A DNA stretch of 64,000 nt from Octopus sinensis (lineage: Eukaryota). This document shows positions 54,084 to 64,000 of this stretch, piece after piece. Below the pieces are notes generated by a model. The model worked only from the letters and a program-made list of their open reading frames with translations, was not told where the DNA came from and did not search any database. The stretch covers positions 173,414,001 through 173,478,000 of the forward strand of contig NC_042997.1 of the NCBI RefSeq assembly GCF_006345805.1. Reading direction: 5' to 3'. The stretch's first letter is position 1. Every line of letters begins with the position of its first letter. The position numbers and the translations under genes are program-made.

Positions 54084-54090
<7 letters not shown>
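53717..54090 (+). mobile_element. ~370-bp AT-rich non-coding element between two (TA)n runs, carrying a hammerhead
   Basis: (TA)n at ~53696-53716 and ~54088-54116; hammerhead at 53864-53950. Confidence 0.55.
53864..53950 (+). ncRNA. Canonical minimal type-I hammerhead ribozyme
   Basis: GAC-CTGACGA-GTGACTA(48 nt)TAGTCAC-GAAAC-GCGC-GTA-GTC. Palindromic stem III ACGCGCGT; predicted cleavage after 53947. Confidence 0.85.
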
Positions 54091-54099
<9 letters not shown>

Positions 54100-54116
<17 letters not shown>

Positions 54117-55692
54117 AGAGTTTGTGTGTGTGCATTCCAAAACCGAATTGCTGATTTTGACGTATGGGGTATGAAAAAATTCAGTAAGCTTTTGCCTACC
54201 AGCTAAACTATATTTTCATTCACATACTTGCATTACAAAAATTAAACATTATCATTTTTACTTTAATCACCTATCGTAAACGACATCTTGTACCATCATC
54301 ACCACCACGATGATGTCACATTTTCTATATGGTGTGTTCGCGCGTACTTTACTGACAAGTACATGTGTATGACGGTGTTTGTGCGTGTCAGTATACTTAC
54401 ATTTTTGCGACGAGTACCACACAGACACACACATGCACACACACACATCTAAAGACATTGACACACAGGGGGACAGAGATAGGCTTGAGGTGTGCGTTAA
54501 TGTATATCCGTGTGTGTATATGTCTTAGTATTTGCATGTGACTTTACGCCTCATCCCGCAGTGAAATGCGCTGATATTGAAAGTTACAACGACCAGGTTT
54601 CATTAGAACGTGAAAATAGTCTCACACTTTCAAAATTACGAGACTGACACGCGCAAATTTAAAACTCAAATCCAGTTGAAATGATCTTTTTCTATTGTGT
54701 AATTTGTGTTTGTGATGAGCATATTTAAAAACCTGATCTTCGATATAAACTTTTTAAAATGTTTTCCCAGAAATCCTGTCCTTTACCTCTTCTTTCTAGC
54801 ATGTCCGAGGTGACATTTCCGCTCCGTCGCCTTATTTTTGTCCTAATTTTTTTCCGATTCCTATGTTTGCGATACAGGGCATTAGGATTTCACCCACAAA
54901 ACACATTCTCTATATTTTAATTTTCTCCCTCTCCATACCAAATTCATGTTTTACGTTTTTCAAATACTTTTTCTTGATAATCCATGGAGAATAAACAGAG
55001 AGTATGAATCTTTAAGAATTTTACCCATCACCTCACCACGTTCAAAAAGCTACACACTCCCAATATTTAACTTTTAGCTTTTTGGAAAGTGGGGAAGTTT
55101 CTTCGGATATATTGTCGTTTACTTGTTGTTTCTGGCAAGTCGGGTTTCTGGTGGTGGTCTGGTATTTTTTAAGTTTGCTATTTCAGTAAAATTCTACGCA
55201 TACGGGAAGCATCAGACAGAAGTGAAAGGGAGTAGGTGATGGGTGAGTGAGGTAGGGGAAGGGGAATTGAATGTTTCCTTAAGAAAAATTAAACTATAAA
55301 AAATATGTGTATTTCCCAGATTCGTAATCCCTGTATTTTTCTACGTAGATAACAAAAAACAAAAAAAAAATCGATAATTTTACGAATTAAGATATTGCGG
55401 TGAGGATGGTGGAAAATTAAACTTTTGAAAACGTGATTTCTGGACAAAATCGTATTAAATGCCTTTTATACAATGAAACAATAAATAGTTTGAGGTCATT
55501 CTTAAATACAGAAAACACTTTCATGCAAACCCATGTAAAGTGAACCCTCACCTTCACTTTTAAACAAACAATAACTTCCATTATGCCATTAATTTTATGT
55601 CAGCTGTGCCGATTCTGCCCATAAGAAAAGAGTAAATAATACAATGTGCCTGCAGGTTATAATACCCGGGTAACACCGTGATACATTGCTAG
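54100..55692 (+). mobile_element. Probable non-autonomous Helitron (~1.6 kb)
   Basis: 3' end CCCGGGTAACACCGTG-ATACATTG-CTAG|T is in the same register as the 30289 element. The 5' TATATAAGAG-TTTGTGTGTG resembles that element's start, but the 5' boundary is uncertain. Confidence 0.55.
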
Positions 55693-55694
55693 TG

Positions 55695-55725
<31 letters not shown>

Positions 55726-56583
55726 CACTCTATCTCTGTATTCGAGCACTATTTTTTCCACCTTGTTTCGCGTTTATGTTCTTACTCTGGTATATATACA
55801 TACATGTATATATATATACATATGTATATGCACACACACACACACACACGCACACACACACACACATGCACACACACACACACACACACGCGCATATATG
55901 CAGACATATACACCGCAAAAACACGCATATATATATATATAAACACGCATATATATATATATACATACATATATACACACATCTATATATAGACACGTAT
56001 ACATTTGTATGTGTGTGTGTGTGAGAGTGTGGGTGCATGATCATATGCTTGCACACGCACACACACACACACACACACATGCACATATATGCAGATATAT
56101 ACACCGCAAAAACACGCATCTGTCACGCACTCGCCAACGCTGCTATCATAACTGAGTGTTAGCTTTCTGACAACCTACAGAGCCAACATTAGTCCACTCT
56201 AATATTCACAAGGAGTCACTGCCCTCTCCCAGGCCCTCCAGGTCACACAGACACATACGTATACATGCACCCATGCACGCACACTCTCTCCATCATACAC
56301 ACGTGTGTATACATACACAAGCACATACACTCACACACTCGCACCTTTAAGCACCTACACCACACAGACATCTGTCACACGCCCTATCTTGCCCCCTATC
56401 AACACACAATGCTGACAGAGTTTCCTCTTCACATATTGTTCTAACAACCTGTGAACCAAGATAAATAATGGTTTATCTATATATACTCTGTTCCTCGCTC
56501 ATTTAATCCACTCTCACTCTTACACTTGAAATGTTAAGGTGCATTTATATTCATATATATACATATATAATATATATATACAT

Positions 56584-56617
<34 letters not shown>

Positions 56618-56624
56618 TATATAC

Positions 56625-56675
<51 letters not shown>

Positions 56676-56882
56676 GGACCAAAACTTCTAGGTTGTGCAG
56701 TTGCCAGCGAGGAGACTTTACAATATCTGGCCCAGTATATGGTCGCCGCGGCGAGCATGTGGGCGCGAACCCGGGCTGAAGTCAACGGCAGCTGCAATAG
56801 CTTCATGCTCAAGCATTGTTGGCGTTTTGTATGGGAAATGGATAGTGATGGTTTCCCTCGGCAGCGAGTAGACAGCAATCAT

Positions 56883-56942
<60 letters not shown>

Positions 56943-56951
56943 TGTGTGTTT

Positions 56952-57235
56952 GAAGGCACGTGGCCGAGTGTTTATGGTGATGCACTTACGATCGCTACTA
57001 GATCGTAGGTTCGATTTCCGGACAGGGCAGTGCGTTATGTTCTTCAGCAAAAGACTTTATTTCACGTTGCTCCAATCATTTGTAAATGGATAACTCTGTA
57101 TCTGAATGGTCTTCTGGTGAGGTGGAATGTCGGCCTCCTCGTCTAGCTAGAAGAGAGAATCATTTGAAAGCTAAAATAATGCGAAGGGCAATATTACCAG
57201 CGATATATAACATCCAATAATCTGATCCATATCGT
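56952..57235 (+). mobile_element. tRNA-headed CORE-like SINE with a B3-type tail
   Basis: A/B boxes TGGCCGAGTG / GGTTCGATTTCC; GCGTTATGTTCTTCAGCAAAAGACTTTATTTCACGTTGCTCCA body; tail similar to that of 48833. Confidence 0.65.
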
Positions 57236-57255
57236 GATATATAAGGCCTACAAAG

Positions 57256-57310
<55 letters not shown>

Positions 57311-57619
57311 CATATACAAACATATATAAATATATATATTAAGACTCAGGTGAGTAGGGCATTTAACTGGTAAGGCACCAGGTTGGGTCAGAATTAAAAT
57401 GTATGCGCAGCAACTATAGGCGAATACAAACATTGGTGCCGAAGTACAGGCAGAAAGATATTTAGGTTATGTAACAATTAATAGAACCCAACTGAGCGTA
57501 TCATCAGCCCTTTGGCTAATTCAGAAACGCACATTATATTATGTATAAATATGAAATACTTCGAGGCTTGATGTCGTTAATATTCAGTTTTAATAGTATA
57601 ATACATAAGAAGGTCATTC

Positions 57620-58900
57620 TAAGGAATCAATTTTCATGGGGAGTAAGTACTAACTTTTGAGGTCAGTTTAAATTGTTTAGAGATTTTTGACGCATAAAGA
57701 GTGGTGAGAGGTCGGGTGTGTCTAAATGGAGGATGTACAAAGTCCTCAAGCTCTGACCGCCCAAGGCCATTATGACTGCAAGAGAAAAAAGTGAGGAGAC
57801 TGCACATCTGTAGCCCAGAGACTGAAGTCTGTTTCTGAGGGGATCTAATCTTAATCATTCGAGTGGCTTTTGTTTCGATACCTTTCAGAATGTCTCTATG
57901 CATAGCGGTAACACCATCCCAGGTATAGGCGCTGTACTCTATTGTGGACCTTTCCTGAGCTTTGCAAAGTGTAAGGAATTGTTATGGGAATAAATATTTT
58001 CTAGCCCTGTAGAGAAGTGATAGTCCCTGTGTGTGATGCTGCCCTGACTATATCAAGAATGTGGTTTTGCCTGAAGAAACACTCAGGGATAGTAAGGCCA
58101 AGCATTTTGAGTGACTATGAAGATCGTTGCTGAGCGTTCTCATGTTTAAGGCAAGTGCGATGCGATTGTTTTCTTGATGAGTTGTGCTTTATTTTTGGCT
58201 GTTATTCTTAAAAGAAACAATATTTGCATAACCCAACAAGAGGATTTTCTGGGGGTCTCCGTTCAGCGTTGGTTTGACATATGTTGTTTAGGTTACGAAT
58301 ACATATTTCAAGGTCACAGAAGGTTAGGGAGGAATAAAGTTTATATAATCTGCTTAAGAATTGATTATGGCCGAGGTAGTTGAAAGTAAATCTTTGATGC
58401 TTAGAGGAAAGTGAGTTGCAGGAGTGGGGGCAAAGCTAAACCTAGAGATCACTGGAGTCACATGTAAGAGGTCCATAAAGACCTCCGTAAACACGTGCGC
58501 TGAAGGGCGTTCCAACAGGGAGCAGCTGATCAAATAGATGAGAAATAAGTGGAGCCAGTAGATGGAAGTTTTAATAGAAGATTCACGTGATCGAAGGCTT
58601 TGCTTATGTCTAGGGCAACAACATTGCATTTACGGAACTTCTCTGTGGTGAGTGATACAAAAGAGGAGGTTTCCAGTGGATTTGGCTCCGCGGATTAGAT
58701 GTAACCGGAAATCATTTTAATAGCTACCTCCTGGGAGCACTTCTCGTTGAAAGTTTCCAGATTCTTATTGTTTCGGCAGCACGTGGTCTTTCAGAGACTT
58801 TGAAGGGATACAGAGGCCAGTCTCAGGCGATTTAGAATCTCTCATGCAGTCCAGTGTACAGTCGTCATACTTCCTAGATATCTGAATTGTGATGGTACGA
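57620..58900 (-). pseudogene. CR1/L2/jockey-group LINE RT remnant
   Basis: VVALDISKAFDHV at 58583-58620; STIEYSAYTWDG and ILKGIETKATRMI; many stops. Confidence 0.75.
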
Positions 58901-61900
58901 CAACATATTTATGTAGTATGAACAGAGAAAGCTGAACGAAAAAGGGCGTGAAGTTTACCATTAATATTATCTGATATCAGTCCTTGGATCGCTAACTTTT
59001 AGGCTAATTCAAGTATAAACTGTAACGGCTACTTTTATGATGACTCCTAGGGGTACAGGATCTTAAGCTTCAAGGATACAAGTATCAGTATATTACAGTT
59101 CTACGATTCGTTCAGAAGTGAGATTAGTTAGAGATTTGCATTTTTGTGATGTCGAAAAATAACGCTAATCACTTGGATTTGAAAGAAGTGATTCAGTTTG
59201 CTTTGTTCTTCCTTGAAAAGCCACATCATATCAAAGATTTTACATCGATAATAGGTAGAACGTCCGTTTGTCTCTGAATTAGCCACACAAATATATTAAC
59301 ACTTATATTAGTTTGTGAGTGTTTGTATTTCTAAACCAACATTTGTATGTGTCTACATGTATAAATACAAAACACGAAGTATCGAAGTAAATAAAAATGT
59401 TTCAATCACTTTGTATCACATGTGTTAAACCCTACGGTATGTGTATTTAGTATGAGTAACACAATTTCGGGATATCTTCGCTTGACCATATTGTAGTTGC
59501 TCATAATGAACCCCATTACATTCCCTGTATATGGGAAAATGTGGACAAAACTGCCTACGAAAATTGAATCATATATTTGTTGATTACCTTTCAAACACGT
59601 TAACCATTACTCTATATCAACGCGCCCCTCACTTCTTGGTAATTGAAATGAGAACAACACATACACATATTCCACTGGACCTGCTATCCCTTCATATTAT
59701 TACACAAACTTCGTTGGTATTTTGGTAGCTTCTAAACCTCCAGCGATGATTGTCTCATTGTTACCAACACAAACAAGTTTCATATCAGGGACTCCCATTA
59801 ATCTTGCCAATGAGTAGAACAGAAAGTACTTCGCTAAGGAGGTCAAATGAGACTGAAAGTAATCCGTTGTTTTCACCTGATGGCTTAAGTAACAGATCCA
59901 TTCTAATTCTGCATTGTTCTATATTTCCAAAATTTCAGTTCATTTTTTTCATTGAAAACCGGTCACATAAAACATCTCTCTTACTTATTTTTACCCAAAC
60001 CCAGCGACAGCTTTTAACTACAAATTTTTTGCAATTCACTTTACAATATATACATACATCTAAACACAAACACACACATACGCACGCATACACACTTGGA
60101 TATTTATTAATAGGAGAAACAGAGCTCAGTATATGAGCATGTATACATTTTCTATAGTATTAAATCGACAGAAGGTTGCTAAAGTACTCAAGGGCCGAGA
60201 AAGTACTATGCACGAAACCGCTGGTCCTTGAATCGCTTCATAACTTGCAGCTGATTTACCATAATAAAAAGTGTGTGTGTGTGTATGATTGAGCATTTCT
60301 GTATGTTTTATGTGACCGGTTTTTAATGTCTTTTTCTATTCAAATTCTCGTATTTGCTAATGAAATATAAATTTTTTAAATATTTCCCACGTCTATGTCA
60401 GCATTTCTGTTTTTAATCGACTCTGTAATCCAGATAGATGGTCTTTAGTGGCATTATTGTTCTGGTTTTATACGACTCGATTGCTTTCTTTCAAGTCACT
60501 TCCGAATCAATAGCCTAATCGACAAAATAATGTTAACAGAAAATTATATTCACTGAACTTGTATTATGGGATTTGGTACACTAAAATCTCCCAAGTTATT
60601 TACGGAAAGTAAATAATCACGGCTGTTACTAACACTAATAAAGGAGTTGGCAAATCTGTGATGTTCTGTCATAGTAAACGAGAAAGAAATTAGTACTTCT
60701 AGGAAAAAAAAATTGTCTTCTATAGATTTAGATATATAAATTGTTTCCAGATGAAGGATTAGCAAGTGCTCTGTGGTTGTAACGAAGGTCGTTTGACCTC
60801 TATGATTAATAAGCTATTTTAGACGTTAATCATTTGACTGTCTAAATCCAGTATGTTTAAAGTATATTTTACATAGTAATATGAATATATATGTATCGAG
60901 TTTTCTTATTAATTTTAGTTTGATACAATAAATGTTATGAAAATATAAAGGAGAAAATAGGACTTGGAATAGAAACAAACTCTCGTTTAGTTGCAAAAGT
61001 TTGAATGTACTTTGTATATAATCGGGAATCAACAAGGCTAAATATATCCTTGTTTTTGTAAAACAGTGGACTTGATAAGCAAAACACTACTACTATGTAA
61101 GACAGATTTAACACTAAAAAGTAAAATAGATATAAATTGCGAAGGATATTAAGAATTAGGAAAATGAATCTTAGATTGATCAAACACCAAACATTAATCG
61201 GATTAAATCCTTTAAGCCACTAATCTAAAGACACTCATTTATGACTTTCATATTACGGTTGAATATCTATGCTGTGATATTCTGTGATCCAAGTTTTGTT
61301 TTGACTCGTAATTTTAGCGGATAAACCATATAATTTAAGGAAGGTAGTCTGTTTGTCTCTGTTTCTGTCAGTCTGCCTGTCTGTCTCTATCATTATTTTT
61401 TGTGAGAAAACAGTCCTATGTTCTTGGCTGGAAAGTGATCTGACCTGAGACCGTATTTTGAAAACAAAGCTCGTACAGCGTAGAAGATACATACCAACCG
61501 TTCAAAAACACACTAAAAATTTTAACTTCATTTAATCATTTATTAATTTCGTGTCAAAATTTTCATCGAACTACATGCGACCTGGTCACTACCACAATTC
61601 CTTCGCGAGTAGTTTAAGGTGAGGCTGTTGGTCAGCATATATAGACTCTAGGATTTTGAATAATTTTTTTCTCGATTTATAAGGTCAGTCATTACTGTTA
61701 TCATCGCCTGATATTCCTTGTAGGTCACTTAATTCATGCACTCTCTCTTCCTTCCTTCTCTCAATCGTATATTTGCTGGTCCTTGAGAAACAATGTATCC
61801 AAAGTCGTTATCTGAAATGGCTTGCTTAAAATATTTTGAAAGTTGAACTGTGCGTATTTTTATTGTATTCAGATAAAGAAATATAAACATAAAAGATTAA

Positions 61901-62908
61901 CCATTTGAAAACAGAAAGGAATTGGATAGAAAGTTATCTTCAACTCCTCGGAAAACATTAATTCTGTAAAGCTGAGAAAACTTTTTTCCTAACTTGTAGA
62001 TACTTCTTCAAAACTCAATCTATTTTCTATGTGTGAAAGTTCAATTCTTTTATATCTAATTTAGACTACTAGCCTCGAAATATTGATAACGCGTGTGAAA
62101 AATGAGAAAGGTTTTTTTTTCATCAGAACATTAAAGGTGATCAAAAAGGAGATCAAAAAAGGACATATAGATCAGATAGAATTACTTAAGATATATTTCG
62201 TACAACATTTACACTTATATCTTTAATAAATGCTGAATGACCGTAAATATTGTTCAGTAAACCTTAATTATCTGGACGCAAATTAATGAATTATTATTAT
62301 TAACGAGATTAACAGAATCTGCGAACCTTACCAAACCGCTGTTAATTTTTAGCTTAACTGCCATGATTATTATTCTCTTGAGAAAATTTTATTCGCCATT
62401 ACGGAAAAAGAAAGAGATAGAGATTGCATGTGGTTGCTTGGTCTGCAAGAAATGGCATCCAAATCTCACTCGATAACACCATTTCGTCTTAAAAAATGAA
62501 TCAAGTATATATGTATAATATATTCCTGAATACATTATACCTTAACGAAAGATGGAATGAATGATCAAGGTTTCAATGCTTTCGATCATAGGTCTTTTCA
62601 ACGAGGGCTGCCCTGGAATTAAACTGCAACAACAAATAGCTATTCTAGGCTCTCAAGTATATTATTTTATACGCCGTTGGTGAATAAATATATTCTGTTC
62701 TGCTGTCAACATTATTAAGTCAATATTCACTACTGAGAATTTGATACCTGAAAACAAAACGTTCTTGGTTCGCTATGAAGTTTACTATATTCTACCTATG
62801 TATCCTAACCAACGATCAAAAGGAAAACTAACTGATCAACTGTGCATAATGACATTATTTACATTATTTACATTCGACGGGTATTTGTTCTTCATCTTGT
62901 TTGTTGTT

Positions 62909-62954
62909 AACATCACATTTCGACTGATATACCCTCCAGCCTTCTTCAGGTGTC
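62909..62954 (-). ncRNA. Family P1 hammerhead motif, partly decayed
   Basis: ACAC-CTGAAGA-A-GGCTG..CAGTC-GAAAT-GT-G-ATGT. Confidence 0.5.
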
Positions 62955-63001
62955 TTGGGGAAATTTCGAACCTGGGTTCTCATTCCTGAGGTATTTTTCG
63001 A

Positions 63002-63129
<128 letters not shown>

Positions 63130-63155
63130 GTGTTGCTGGTGTTGATGTTGTTGCT

Positions 63156-63230
63156 CAGGTCACTGCTTGAAATCGAAGTTGGAATCTTGGGGTTAGTAGC
63201 CCTCGCTCTTAACCACTACGCCATATGCTC
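63156..63230 (-). promoter_or_regulatory. tRNA-derived head homologous to 22138-22214
   Basis: GAGCATATGGCGTAGTGGTTAAGAGCGAGGGCTACTAACCCCAAGATTCCAACTTCGATTTCAAGCAGTGACCTG. Confidence 0.75.
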
Positions 63231-63299
63231 ACGGACGCATGGCGTAGTGACATATGGCGTACCTTAGGAATGAAAACCCAGGTTCGAAATTTCCCCCAA

Positions 63300-63345
63300 A
63301 ACACCTGAAGAAGGCTGGAGGGTATATCAGCCAAAACGTGGTGTT
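63300..63345 (+). ncRNA. Family P1 hammerhead motif, G12>A
   Basis: AACAC-CTGAAGA-A-GGCTG..CAGCC-AAAAC-GT-G-GTGTT, with a perfect 5-bp stem I. Confidence 0.5.
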
Positions 63346-63800
63346 AACAACAAACAAGATGAGGACAAATATCCGTCGAATGTAAATAATGTAAATATTG
63401 TACATAATTCCTCATCCCTTAAATATAGAACTGTGCACAATGAATACACTACGAGCCAGTTAGACAGCTTTAATATGGTCGCTTGACTTGCTAGCACTAG
63501 CTGCCAACTCATTCTCAAATCGTTCACTCAGCGTTTTAAGATCGGTTTCATTGAGTATACAATCTGAGATATCCGAAAGGACAGGTTAGACACAACTGGA
63601 ATTTCTTTGGTCAAAGCACTCCCCAATGAGGGTTGACCTTAGCCTAAACAAAAATAACAAAAGTTGAAAAGTAACATCAATAAGTAGGCACTATATCATT
63701 TACTCGATACACCATTTTTTTTTCTGCGTTTATTCTGTTATTTTCTAAATTTCATTTATGGTTTTATGAAGTTAAATTCCAAGAGAATTTATATACGCAG

Positions 63801-63894
<94 letters not shown>

Positions 63895-64000
63895 CACACA
63901 CAAAAAACACAAACACTCACACACATATTGATTGATAGATAGAGAGGTAAATAGGTAGATAGATAGATAGATAGATAGATAGACAAACAGTCAGACAGAC

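Noticed and set aside
56120-56525. TGTCAC...TTACA segment as a solo LTR
   Set aside because: No matching TSD, PBS or PPT, and no second copy.
56685-56885. GC-rich open frames (EETLQYLAQY.. / TRCRGKPSLSISH..) as a host exon
   Set aside because: No splice support. It loosely resembles a Tx1/L1 C-terminal Cys/His region, but too weakly to call.

Overview
AT-rich eukaryotic DNA saturated with microsatellites and decayed transposable elements. The SINE types and microsatellite load suggest an octopus or other coleoid genome, but that is an inference. I can support no intact host gene, and almost all ORFs in the track are translations of simple repeats. Content: three abundant tRNA-derived SINE groups with shuffled tails; remnants of R4/Dong-, CR1/L2- and RTE-type LINEs; four mariner relics; a hAT (Charlie/Buster-like) transposase relic; two non-autonomous Helitrons; several long foldback elements; a 184-bp higher-order minisatellite built from ~32-bp monomers; and two different Penelope-like elements (PLEs). 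The most notable signal is a dense population of minimal type-I hammerhead ribozyme motifs. Three have intact canonical cores (31060, 39908, 53864), and further variant or degenerate copies belong to several unrelated short elements, often embedded in (TA)n. One PLE family carries a tRNA-derived Pol III-type head directly after its GIY-YIG stop codon, followed by a microsatellite and a hammerhead. The same tRNA-microsatellite-hammerhead module reappears 41 kb away with no ORF, as an inverted-duplicated unit flanked by a 14-bp direct repeat. This is a candidate PLE-mobilised, ribozyme-bearing SINE-like system.
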